Shown: positions 1 through 11,513, counted from the stretch's first letter. The stretch is DNA of 64,000 bases from an uncultured Phycisphaeraceae bacterium (GCA_965369025.1 CBDUPB010000002.1:580555-644554); one strand, 5' to 3'. Numbers and translations are program-made. The notes: generated from the letters alone by a model not told the origin.

Positions 1-1781
1 TCGAGGGCCTCAAGCGACTCGAATACCGCGGGTATGACTCCGCCGGAGTCGCGGTCCTGAACGAGCAAGGACTCAATGTCGTCAAGGCCGTCGGCAGGGT
101 CGCCAACCTCGAAGCCAAGTCCGAACGCCACGCCCGCGAGCTCTCCGGCTCACTGGGCATGGCTCACACCCGCTGGGCGACCCACGGCGGCGTCACCGAC
201 GCCAACGCCCACCCCCACATCGACGACACCGGCAAGTTCGCCATCATCCACAACGGGATCATCGAGAACTACTCCGCCCTGCGCACCCTCCTCGAAGAGA
301 AGGGCCACACCTTCAAGAGCGAGACCGACACCGAGGTCCTCGTCAACCTCATCGCCGAGTTGTACGACGGCGACCTCGAGAAGGCCGTGCAGGCCTCTCT
401 GCGCGAAGTCACCGGCGCCTACGCCATCGCCGTCATGTGCAAGGACGAGCCCGACACGCTCGTCGTGGCGCGCAAGGGCTCGCCCCTCATCGTCGGCGTC
501 GGCGCCAGCGAGTACATCGTCGCCTCCGACGCCAGCGCCATCGTCTCCCACACCGCGCAGGCGATCACCCTCGACGACTACCAGGTCTGCAAACTCACGC
601 GCGACTCCTTCCGCACCACCACCATCGACAACACCCCGGTGAGCCACAAGGTCCACCAGCTCGAGGTCGAACTCGAGCAGATCGAACTGGGCGGCTATCC
701 CCACTACATGCTCAAGGAGATCTTCGAGCAGCCCCGCTCGCTCCGCCAGACCATGCGCGGCCGACTCGACCAGCGCGAGGGACGAGTCGTCCTCGGCGGC
801 GTCGGCGAACTCGCCCGCGAACTCGTCAAATCCCGACGCTACATCCTCATGGCCCAGGGCACCGCGCTCCACGCCGCCATGATCGGCGAGTACCTCATCG
901 AGGACCTCGCCAAAGTCCCCGCAGAGTGCGAGTACGCCAGCGAGTTCCGCTATCGCAACCCCATCATCGAGGACGGCACCGTCGCCATCGCCGTCAGCCA
1001 GTCGGGCGAAACCGCCGACACCCTCGCCGCCCTCATCGAAGCGAAAGAACGCGGCGCCATGACGCTCGGCGTCGTGAATGTCGTCGGTTCCACCATCTCG
1101 CGCGAGACCGACGCGGGCGTCTACCTGCGCGTCGGACCCGAGATCGGCGTCGCCTCGACCAAGGCCTTCACGGGCCAGGTCGCCGTGCTCACCATGCTGT
1201 CGCTCTTCCTCGCGCGCCGGCGCTTCATGTCCACCGACCAGACCGCCCAGACGATCCGCGCCCTCGAGACCGTCCCCGACCTCATCGACCGCATCCTCGT
1301 CCAGAGCGACGAGATCCGCGAGGTCACCAGCCGCTACATCGACCAGGAAAACTGGCTCTTCCTCGGCCGCGGGTACAACTACCCCGTCGCGCTCGAAGGC
1401 GCGCTCAAGCTCAAGGAAATCTCCTACATCCACGCCGAAGGAATGCCCGCCGCCGAGATGAAGCACGGCCCCATCGCACTCATCAGCGACGGCATGCCCT
1501 GCGTCTTCATCGCCAACAAGGGCGCGCAGTACGAGAAGGTCCTCAGCAACATCCAGGAAGTGAAGTCGCGCGGCGGACGAGTCATCGCCGTCGCCACCGA
1601 GGGCGACAACGAGATCCGCACGCACGCCGACGAAGTCTTCTATGTCCCCGACATCCCCGAGCCGCTCTCGCCGCTCCTGACGGTCATCCCCCTGCAACTC
1701 GTCGCGTACCACGCCGCCGTCCTGCGCGGGCACGATGTCGACAAACCGCGCAACCTCGCCAAGAGCGTGACGGTCGAGTAA
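1..1781 (+). CDS. glmS: glutamine--fructose-6-phosphate aminotransferase, 5' end outside window
   Basis: The frame of ORF 159..1781 stays open back to nt 3 (EGLKRLEYRGYDSAGVAV...). Class-II amidotransferase motifs (HTRWATHG, NAHPH), two SIS domains (VSQSGETADT, GVASTKAFT) and the canonical C-terminus KPRNLAKSVTVE are present. Confidence 0.95.
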   Translation, partial: EGLKRLEYRGYDSAGVAVLNEQGLNVVKAVGRVANLEAKSERHARELSGSLGMAHTRWATHGGVTDANAHPHIDDTGKFAIIHNGIIENYSALRTLLEEKGHTFKSETDTEVLVNLIAELYDGDLEKAVQASLREVTGAYAIAVMCKDEPDTLVVARKGSPLIVGVGASEYIVASDASAIVSHTAQAITLDDYQVCKLTRDSFRTTTIDNTPVSHKVHQLEVELEQIELGGYPHYMLKEIFEQPRSLRQTMRGRLDQREGRVVLGGVGELARELVKSRRYILMAQGTALHAAMIGEYLIEDLAKVPAECEYASEFRYRNPIIEDGTVAIAVSQSGETADTLAALIEAKERGAMTLGVVNVVGSTISRETDAGVYLRVGPEIGVASTKAFTGQVAVLTMLSLFLARRRFMSTDQTAQTIRALETVPDLIDRILVQSDEIREVTSRYIDQENWLFLGRGYNYPVALEGALKLKEISYIHAEGMPAAEMKHGPIALISDGMPCVFIANKGAQYEKVLSNIQEVKSRGGRVIAVATEGDNEIRTHADEVFYVPDIPEPLSPLLTVIPLQLVAYHAAVLRGHDVDKPRNLAKSVTVE

Positions 1782-1821
1782 ACAACACGCGCGTCGCGCA
1801 CAACACACGACCCAATGAAGA

Positions 1822-1856
1822 AGGCCCGCCTCCGCGAAGGAGACGGGCCTCTTTGA
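1822..1856. terminator. hairpin between convergent glmS and PEP-CTERM gene (candidate bidirectional terminator)
   Basis: AGGCCCG...CGGGCCT inverted repeat. It is followed by CTTTGATT on the + strand and TTCTTCATT on the - strand. Confidence 0.4.
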
Positions 1857-1883
1857 TTCAGACGCGATTCGTCGGGTGACGAA

Positions 1884-2489
1884 TTAGCGACGGCGACGGA
1901 GACCGGCGATGCCGGCAAGACCGAGGACCGCGGCGGCGCCGGGCGCGGGGATCGCGTTGCCGACGACGAGGTTGTCCATGGTGGCCCAGGCGTTGCCGGG
2001 GACATCGGGAGCATCGATCTGGATGCTGGTGATCGCGACATTCGCGATGAAGCCGCGGAAGTCCGAGGGGCCGGTCGAGGTGTACGACACGTTGGTGCCA
2101 TCGCTCAGGTTGATGGTGATGTCGGTGCCGGTCGGGAAGAAGCTGATGTCCGAAGCCCAGAAGTTGCCGCCGACGGCCGTGACGGCAGCACCGGTGAAGG
2201 TGATGAAGAGCGAGTCGGTCGCGTTGTCCGTCGAGACGATGCCGGGGTCGTTGAAGAGGCCGCTGACCGCGCCGGGCTGGGTGCCGACGGTGTAGGCGAA
2301 GCCGTTGACCGGGCCGAAGTTCAGCGAGGGAACCGCGCCCGTGGGCACGCCGGCGAAGTTCTCGCTGTACGAACCGGGAGCGACATTCGCCATGAACGAC
2401 GCGAGGTCGGTGTAGACGGTCGAGGTGCCAGCGGCGGCAAAACCGGCGGCGGACAGCGCAGCCAGAACGGCAGCAGAGCGAATCATCAT
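1884..2489 (-). CDS. secreted PEP-CTERM sorting-domain protein
   Basis: 201 aa. Signal peptide MMIRSAAVLAALSAAGFAAAG and C-terminal IPAPGAAAVLGLAGIAGLRRRR (P-x-P, hydrophobic helix, Arg cluster). GGAGGG lies upstream of the ATG. Confidence 0.8.
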   Translation of the reverse strand: MMIRSAAVLAALSAAGFAAAGTSTVYTDLASFMANVAPGSYSENFAGVPTGAVPSLNFGPVNGFAYTVGTQPGAVSGLFNDPGIVSTDNATDSLFITFTGAAVTAVGGNFWASDISFFPTGTDITINLSDGTNVSYTSTGPSDFRGFIANVAITSIQIDAPDVPGNAWATMDNLVVGNAIPAPGAAAVLGLAGIAGLRRRR

Positions 2490-2654
2490 GATCTATCCCT
2501 CCAAGGCGACAAGGTTGTCACTGCCGAGCCGGTTCCTACGCCAGCTCGGCGACGCGTTTCCTGAAGCGACCCTCGGCCGCTTACATCATCAGAATACCCG
2601 AAGATCCGAAACCTTCCAAGGAGAAAAACCCCTGCGAACAAAATCTTTGTCTCT

Positions 2655-3773
2655 TTACTGAGCCAGACTTGCGTCCACGATCGCCCCCAAGGTTTCCCCA
2701 GTCAGACGCGCCGGGTGGCCCTGCCAGCGGATCACCCCGTCAGGGCTGTACACCACCGCGTACGGGATCGTCCGGTTCTGCACCACACGCGCGATCCGAC
2801 CCGACGGGTCAACCCCGATCGAGTACTCCATCCCTTTCCCAGGCAGCCAGCCGCGGACTTTCTCGGCCGGCTCGTTGCTGATCCCGATCACCACCACCGA
2901 ATCCGCGAACTCTTCCTGCAGCTTGTTCATGTGCGGAATCCCCGCGATGCACGGGCCGCACCAGGTCGCCCAGAAGTCCGCCACCACAACCTTATCGGAC
3001 GCGTTCGGCGCCTTCGTCAGCCACTCCTCCACCGCGATCGGCGGCCCCTTCCTGCCTTGCAGGTTGACCGCCTGACCGACATCCGCCGCCTCGGGCGGGA
3101 AGTTCTCGTCAGGAATCCGCTCGTTCCAGAACCCGCCGCTCCCCCGCTTCTTCGAGGGCAGCCGCCCAGTCGGGGGCGTTGCGCCGGTCCGAGCCGGCGC
3201 GTCCGCGTCCGCCGAGGGCTCGTCCTCGCGCAGCAACGCCATGCCCGCACCCTCGATCCCGCTCGGGTTCAGGAGCACGAAGCGCGTCGTCCCCGCGCGA
3301 TCGATCATCAGATTCGAGAGGTTCGACTTCATCCCCAGCGCCGCCGCGTATGAGCCGTCCGCGTCGATCACCACGGGCACGCCAACCGGCCGCCGCTCGA
3401 GGAATTGCTCGACGCCCTCGGCCTGCTGCTGCACATGCACGCCGATGACCACGAAGTCGTCGCCCAGTTTGCCCTGCAGTTCCGCGAGTTGCTCCAGCCG
3501 CAGCGTCCCGCGCCGATCTCCCCTCGACCAGAACTGAATCACCACAACCTTCCCGTGGTACTCGTCGAGCGAAAGTTCCTCGCCCACGAACCGCACGCCC
3601 GGCGTGAAATCCGGGGGCGCCAGCCCGATCATCGTCGAAGCACGATCCCGCTCCGCCACCCCCACTGACGCGTCCAGCCAGCGGCGATCCACCTCGGTCG
3701 CGTCCTGCGCCGCCGCCAAACCGACCGTCATCACGCCCGCGAGCGCGGCCACAAACAAAGTTCTGCTGATCAT
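2655..3773 (-). CDS. periplasmic double thioredoxin-fold (TlpA/ResA-like) oxidoreductase
   Basis: ORF 2655..3842 trimmed to ATG 3773, which has GGAGG 6 nt upstream and the signal peptide MISRTLFVAALAGVMTVGLAAAQ. The C-terminal half has FWATWCGPC. The N-terminal half has FWSRGDRRG at the equivalent position. Confidence 0.8.
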   Translation of the reverse strand: MISRTLFVAALAGVMTVGLAAAQDATEVDRRWLDASVGVAERDRASTMIGLAPPDFTPGVRFVGEELSLDEYHGKVVVIQFWSRGDRRGTLRLEQLAELQGKLGDDFVVIGVHVQQQAEGVEQFLERRPVGVPVVIDADGSYAAALGMKSNLSNLMIDRAGTTRFVLLNPSGIEGAGMALLREDEPSADADAPARTGATPPTGRLPSKKRGSGGFWNERIPDENFPPEAADVGQAVNLQGRKGPPIAVEEWLTKAPNASDKVVVADFWATWCGPCIAGIPHMNKLQEEFADSVVVIGISNEPAEKVRGWLPGKGMEYSIGVDPSGRIARVVQNRTIPYAVVYSPDGVIRWQGHPARLTGETLGAIVDASLAQ

Positions 3774-3930
3774 GCCGTTCCTCCCGGGAGGGGCCATGGT
3801 TCTGTTCCGCCCCACTGTCCCCGATCGCTCCACGCGAAGCAAGCGGGATTTCCACCCCTTCGGTACCCTCTCACCACCCGCGTGGTTCCCCCGAACCCCG
3901 CGTTCCGCGCTTCACCACCCGGAGTCACCC

Positions 3931-4371
3931 GTGCTCAAAGACGCCGCTCTGGTCTTCGTCGGCGGAGGTCTCGGGAGCGTCCTGCGCTTTCTCATCGCGC
4001 TCCTCGCCTTCAGAGCCGCAGGTCCGGGCTTCCCATGGGGAACGCTGTCCGTCAATCTCGCCGGGTGCCTCGTCATCGGGCTGATCGCCGGTTTCACCGC
4101 TTACCGCCACGCCGAGGGCCTCACCGTCGCCCCCTTCGCCGGGCTCGATCCCGCCGCGCGGCTCCTCCTTGTCACGGGCCTCCTCGGCGGTTTCACCACC
4201 TTCTCCGCCTTCGGCGTCGAAACCGCCGACTTTTTCCGCCTCAACCAGCCCGGCAAGGCCGCCCTCTATGTCCTTGCCAGCGTGCTGCTTGGCCTTGTTC
4301 TCGCGTGGTTCGGCTGGAAAATCGGCCTCCGCGTCGCGCCCCCTGCCCCCCCGCTCGCCTCGGGTGGGTGA
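3931..4371 (+). CDS. crcB: fluoride ion channel CrcB/FluC
   Basis: ORF 3604..4371 trimmed to in-frame GTG 3931. 146 aa and hydrophobic throughout, with CrcB-like motifs GGGLGSVLRF, GTLSVNLAGC and GLLGGFTTFSAF. Confidence 0.8.
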   Translation: MLKDAALVFVGGGLGSVLRFLIALLAFRAAGPGFPWGTLSVNLAGCLVIGLIAGFTAYRHAEGLTVAPFAGLDPAARLLLVTGLLGGFTTFSAFGVETADFFRLNQPGKAALYVLASVLLGLVLAWFGWKIGLRVAPPAPPLASGG

Positions 4372-4388
4372 ATCCCCACGCCCCAACC

Positions 4389-4417
4389 CTTGCCGGGCCA
4401 AGACCCACCGCTACACT
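4389..4417 (+). promoter_or_regulatory. candidate sigma70-type promoter for rpsL-rpsG
   Basis: CTTGCC - 17 nt - TACACT, about 75 nt upstream of the rpsL ATG. Motif match only. Confidence 0.3.
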
Positions 4418-4491
4418 TCCCGGCTTTACCCGACGCGGCCCTTCGCCGCCCGGTGGTCTGTCATTCTTTTGCCCGCGGAAGTACGCCGTAC

Positions 4492-4884
4492 ATGCCCACG
4501 ATCAACCAGCTCATCCGCAACCCCCGAGTGCCGCAGCACGCGAAGTCCAAGGTCCGCGACCTCGACGCTTCGCCACAGAAGCGCGGCGTGTGCACCATCG
4601 TGCGCACCATGACTCCCAAGAAGCCCAACTCCGCGCTGCGCAAGATCGCCCGCGTGCGACTCTCCAATAACAAGGAGATCTCCGCGTACATTGGCGGCGA
4701 GGGACACAACCTCCAGGAGCACTCCATCGTGCTCGTCAGAGGCGGCCGCGTCCGCGACCTCCCCGGTGTCCGCTACCATGTCGTCCGCGGCGCACTCGAC
4801 TGCCTCGGCGTGGACGGCCGCAACCAGAGCCGCTCCAAGTACGGCGCCAAGCGCAAGAAGGCCGGCGCCAAGGGCAAGAAGTAA
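4492..4884 (+). CDS. rpsL: 30S ribosomal protein S12
   Basis: [12 protein letters not shown]..., [25 protein letters not shown]. 130 aa. ATG at 4492 within ORF 4390..4884. Confidence 0.97.
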   Translation: MPTINQLIRNPRVPQHAKSKVRDLDASPQKRGVCTIVRTMTPKKPNSALRKIARVRLSNNKEISAYIGGEGHNLQEHSIVLVRGGRVRDLPGVRYHVVRGALDCLGVDGRNQSRSKYGAKRKKAGAKGKK

Positions 4885-5022
4885 GCAACAACCCACGCAT
4901 GCGCCGATGGTCGGCGCACGCATCAGGCAAGTAATCGCGCGGCATGACCTCCGTCACTTCCCGCCGCGCGGTGAACATTCGGCCGACTCAACACAGTCGG
5001 CGCTGAGCCACAGGAGTTCACC

Positions 5023-5517
<495 letters not shown>

Positions 5518-5524
5518 ACCTCTT

Positions 5525-5584
5525 CACCCTCTCCCGCGGGAGAGGGTGGCGTGCGACTCCGGGGAAGCACGCCGGGTGAGGGGA
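5525..5584. repeat. REP-like palindromic element, family A (copy 1)
   Basis: Perfect 24-nt palindrome CACCCTCTCCCGCGGGAGAGGGTG, then a second hairpin GCGTGC..GCACGC, then GGGTGAGGGG. Confidence 0.8.
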
Positions 5585-5607
5585 CGCACAATCTGACCTG
5601 CACTTCC

Positions 5608-5635
5608 AACGCCGCTTCACGCGGCGTTTTCTTTT
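5608..5635 (+). terminator. rho-independent terminator after rpsG
   Basis: AACGCCGC-TTCAC-GCGGCGTT followed by TTCTTTT. Confidence 0.65.
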
Positions 5636-5638
5636 CCC

Positions 5639-5696
5639 CACCCTCTCCCGCTGGGAGAGGGTGGTCGCGACCCCGGGGGAGCGACCGGGGGAGGGG
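5639..5696. repeat. REP-like palindromic element, family A (copy 2)
   Basis: CACCCTCTCCCGCTGGGAGAGGGTG, then GTCGC..GCGAC hairpin, then GGGGGAGGGG. Same architecture as 5525..5584. Confidence 0.8.
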
Positions 5697-5750
5697 CGAT
5701 CAAACGATCTTCGTGGGTGCCGTGGTGCATGCGAAGCAGGCGCCACGCGC

Positions 5751-5783
5751 CGGGCGCCACTGGCGGCTTGCCCGCCAGTGCTC
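5751..5783. repeat. hairpin repeat, family B (copy 1)
   Basis: CGGGCGCCACTGGCGGCTTGCCCGCCAGTGCTC, with stem CACTGGCGG/CCGCCAGTG. Confidence 0.8.
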
Positions 5784-5902
5784 CTCCTCACTCCGATCCG
5801 AGCCCGAGGCGCAAGCCGAGGGGACCTCGGCGTGTTCACGCACAGATCCCCCGGTCTCGCGACCGGGGCTCAGATCAGATTCCTCCGCACTTTCCGATTC
5901 TC

Positions 5903-5935
5903 CGGGCGCCACTGGCGGCTCGTCCGCCAGTGCTC
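5903..5935. repeat. hairpin repeat, family B (copy 2)
   Basis: CGGGCGCCACTGGCGGCTCGTCCGCCAGTGCTC. Differs from copy 1 only in the loop. Confidence 0.8.
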
Positions 5936-6186
5936 CTTCTTCTCCACCCTCTCCTCCGATCAGAGCCCCGGGCGCGAGCACGGGGCGCGGCGACGCCCGA
6001 AATTCCCGAATCACCCGTTCCGCAAGTGCGTCCGCGCCCTCCGCTCGGGGGCCGCGAAGGGCTCTGATATTGCGAATTTCCCCGCACATTCCGGTTCTCG
6101 GATGTTGGAGATCGGCTCCCTCTGCGGTACCTTGAACTTGCACAGGTACGAAGTCACTGGCCCTTCGCGGGCTTCCGGAGCCGCAG

Positions 6187-7335
6187 ATGCCGAGCCGCTT
6201 GCTGTTTTCGCTGACGATCCTCGCCGCGTGCTGCGCGCCGGCGCTCGCGCAGCGCGGCCTGCCCGACTTCCCCCTCGATTTCGTCACCGTGGGAGCGCCG
6301 GGCAACGCGCCGGTGGTCCTCCCTCAGCAGAACGGCAACGGCCCGCCCATCGAGATGGGCCAGGTGAACTACTCGTTCCGCGTGACGCGCACCGAGGTCA
6401 CGAAACAACAGTGGCTGGGATTCATCGACGCCTACCGACCGTATCTCGGTCCTGAGGACTATGGCGACCCACAGTTCTCGGGACGAGCCGCAACTTACGC
6501 TGGCATTGGTCCTGACGGCCTGCCCGGATACCAGGTTCTTTCTCCCGAGACGCTCGATCGCCCGGTGACGCCCTCGTGGGAATACATCGCGCGGTACATG
6601 AACTGGATGCACAACGGCGCGAACCCCATCCACGAGGCCACCTTCGAGGACTTCAACACCGGCGCGTACAACATGGACGCCTTCGGGACGGATCAGGCGG
6701 TTGTCCGGCAAGAGGGCGCGCGCTACTTCATGCCCAACTACGACGAGTGGACCAAGGCCGTCTACTACGACCCGGACCGCTACGGCGAGGGTCAGGGGGG
6801 CTACTGGACCTACCCCAACCAGAGCGACACGCCGCCCGTCCCCGGCGCGCCGGGCGAGGGTGAGACCAGCGGCGGATGGGCCTATCGCGACGACGGCGGG
6901 CTGGATGCGCCGCCCCCGGTGGGCGCCTACGGCGTCGAGACGCCGTGGGGCCTGCTCGACGCCTCGGGCGGCGAGTCAGAGTGGCTCGAAGACTACGCGC
7001 GCACGCACCCGAACTGGAACACCGTCGACGACATTCGCCCGGTTGTGGGTAGCGAAACAAGTAGTGGCGGCAACTTCAGTGACCAATGGGACGAGATCGG
7101 CTACCTGCGTAACCGCATCCCTGAGTTCTCCCTATACACATTCCGCGTCGCGACCGGGGTTCCCTGCGCCGACGCCAACGGCGACAACCTCGTCAACTTC
7201 GCCGACCTCAACGCCGTGCTCGCGGACTTCGGACAATCGGGCGAACAACTCGCGGGCGATGTCAACGGTGACGGCGTCGCGGACTTCGCGGACCTCAACG
7301 AGGTCCTCGCCGCGTTCGGGACGGCGTGCGAGTGA
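6187..7335 (+). CDS. secreted FGE-sulfatase (SUMF1-like) domain protein with C-terminal dockerin-type repeats
   Basis: Signal peptide MPSRLLFSLTILAACCAPALAQ. SUMF1-like blocks are FRVTRTEVTKQQWLGFIDAY, FMPNYDEWTKAVYYDP and TPWGLLDASGGESEWLED. The C-terminus has two Ca-binding-like repeats, DANGDNLVNFADLNAVLADFG and DVNGDGVADFADLNEVLAAFG. Confidence 0.7.
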   Translation: MPSRLLFSLTILAACCAPALAQRGLPDFPLDFVTVGAPGNAPVVLPQQNGNGPPIEMGQVNYSFRVTRTEVTKQQWLGFIDAYRPYLGPEDYGDPQFSGRAATYAGIGPDGLPGYQVLSPETLDRPVTPSWEYIARYMNWMHNGANPIHEATFEDFNTGAYNMDAFGTDQAVVRQEGARYFMPNYDEWTKAVYYDPDRYGEGQGGYWTYPNQSDTPPVPGAPGEGETSGGWAYRDDGGLDAPPPVGAYGVETPWGLLDASGGESEWLEDYARTHPNWNTVDDIRPVVGSETSSGGNFSDQWDEIGYLRNRIPEFSLYTFRVATGVPCADANGDNLVNFADLNAVLADFGQSGEQLAGDVNGDGVADFADLNEVLAAFGTACE

Positions 7336-7393
7336 CCCGGCTTCCCAGCCGCTGAAAACACCCTCAAAATACCCCCTCCCAGACCCCCTCAAA

Positions 7394-7417
7394 ACCCGGC
7401 GAACAGCCGGGTTTTTG
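7394..7417 (+). terminator. rho-independent terminator
   Basis: ACCCGGC-GAACA-GCCGGGT followed by TTTTG, downstream of the 6187..7335 gene. Confidence 0.6.
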
Positions 7418-7424
7418 CCTATGA

Positions 7425-10220
<2,796 letters not shown>

Positions 10221-10259
10221 GACTCTTCCACACTCTCCCGCCGGGCGCCACGATCCGCT

Positions 10260-10298
10260 CCCTCCCCTATCGAAGACGGGGGAGGGCCGGGGTGGGGG
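10260..10298. repeat. REP-like element, family A-like (copy 3)
   Basis: CCCTCCCC-N10-GGGGAGGG hairpin followed by CCGGGGTGGGGG. Confidence 0.6.
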
Positions 10299-10317
10299 TC
10301 ATCTTCTTTCCGGGCGC

Positions 10318-10350
10318 CGGGCGCCACTGGCGGCTTGCCCGCCAGTGCTC
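10318..10350. repeat. hairpin repeat, family B (copy 3)
   Basis: CGGGCGCCACTGGCGGCTTGCCCGCCAGTGCTC, identical to 5751..5783. Confidence 0.85.
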
Positions 10351-10402
10351 TTCATCCTTCGTCTTCCTTCGGCGTCACGACGCATATGGCGCTCTCTCCG
10401 CC

Positions 10403-10456
10403 CCCTCTCCTGTTCTCCGAACGAAGTGAGGTGAATGGGAGAGGGCAGGGTGAGGG
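10403..10456. repeat. REP-like element, family A-like (copy 4)
   Basis: CCCTCTCC ... GGAGAGGG hairpin followed by CAGGGTGAGGG. It abuts the stop of the 10457..11053 gene. Confidence 0.6.
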
Positions 10457-11053
10457 CTACTCCTCCTTCATCTCTCTACCTTGACTGCGGATTCGCCGCA
10501 GTGTTTCGACCTGCCGCTCTTTCCACACCCACACGATCAGGCACAACCCGAGTACAGCCCCGCTGGCATACGAGGCGTTGTGCGCAACCCACACGCCGAA
10601 GAACTCAGGCCATAGCTCGTGATCAATGCAATCGCGCCATCCGCCCGTTTGATCGGGAAAGTAGTACGCGTTGAACGCTTCAATCTGCATCGCGACAAAC
10701 CCGGCGATACCAGCGATCACGCCACAGATCACGAGCACAACCACCAGCGGCCACACGAGTCTGCTCGCTGGCAGCCTTGCGCCGCGCCCCAGTCTCGCGG
10801 CAAACGCCATCGGAATGCCGAGCAGCAGCCCGACCCACCAAGTCGCCACAACACCCCATGTCAATGCCTGCACGACCGGCGATTCACTCCCGCTCAAACG
10901 GGGATGAAAGACCGTTAAATATTCAATGCACACATGCGCCGTGACCAGATCATGCAACACGCCGTACACGCACGCCGCCATGACACACACAATCGGGATC
11001 AGCGCCCACTGACCCGCACCCCCATCGCGCGACCAGCGCGGCGAAGTCTTCAC
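10457..11053 (-). CDS. hypothetical integral membrane protein
   Basis: 198 aa with several hydrophobic helices and high third-position GC. No motif recognised. Confidence 0.6.
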   Translation of the reverse strand: MKTSPRWSRDGGAGQWALIPIVCVMAACVYGVLHDLVTAHVCIEYLTVFHPRLSGSESPVVQALTWGVVATWWVGLLLGIPMAFAARLGRGARLPASRLVWPLVVVLVICGVIAGIAGFVAMQIEAFNAYYFPDQTGGWRDCIDHELWPEFFGVWVAHNASYASGAVLGLCLIVWVWKERQVETLRRIRSQGREMKEE

Positions 11054-11421
11054 TCCGCCGTCTTCTCCCCCTCTTCCTCAAACTCCGGCAACACAAACTC
11101 CCCCGGCTCGAACGCCTCCGTCCCCGCGTCGAAGCAGTTCACCGTGCCGCAATGCGGGCATACCACCCCGTACGCCGTCGTCGGGTGATCGCGAAGGTCC
11201 GTCGAGCAGGTCCAGCACACCGGCTCGGCCATCGCCCGCGTCGATCCGCCCAGCAGCGCGATCAGCGCCCACGCCGCAACTCCGATCATCGGGAGCGTAA
11301 ACCACCCGGGCAGAAGCGACAGCACCCCCGCCGTCGCGATGGGCACCCCGAGCATCGAGGCCCACGCCCGGAACTTCAGTTTGGACAGCCGAGTGGTGGT
11401 CATGGCAGGGAGTGTAGCCAA
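11050..11421 (-). CDS. hypothetical membrane protein with C-terminal Zn-ribbon
   Basis: 123 aa. Two TM helices, then CWTC-x17-CPHC. Its stop overlaps the start of the downstream gene (ATGA at 11050-11053). Confidence 0.55.
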   Translation of the reverse strand: MATLPAMTTTRLSKLKFRAWASMLGVPIATAGVLSLLPGWFTLPMIGVAAWALIALLGGSTRAMAEPVCWTCSTDLRDHPTTAYGVVCPHCGTVNCFDAGTEAFEPGEFVLPEFEEEGEKTAE

Positions 11422-11513
11422 AATCCCTGGCCTGATTCCTGTCTTGGCGACGGCCCGGTCAGGCGGTATTCTGGAAGCGATCCCGCCCCACCCGGGAAGA
11501 CTCGGAGGCCGCC

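Noticed and set aside
150-1808. 552-aa ORF antisense to glmS, and the 480-aa +2-frame ORF 437..1879
   Set aside because: They lie opposite or out of frame with an unambiguous glmS. Their composition is dominated by Gly/Asp/Val/Arg/Pro, as expected for non-coding frames of GC-rich DNA. They contain no motifs.
3774-3930. Possible fluoride (crcB-motif) riboswitch upstream of crcB
   Set aside because: I looked for the GGnGAUG ... AAC-GCC ... GAUGAnnCCUAC pattern. The region has a GGGGC...GCCCC stem (about 3790-3813) and CCGAUCGCUCCAC, but no convincing second stem or pseudoknot complementarity. I cannot support the call without an Infernal RF01734 scan.
5518-6186. The repeat island as a CRISPR array, and the ORFs 5551..6135, 5661..6455 and 5700..6305 across it
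   Set aside because: The repeats belong to different families, are themselves palindromes, and are irregularly spaced without unique spacers of constant length. No cas genes are present. The ORFs are translations of the repeats (recurrent GRHWRLARQCS-type peptides).
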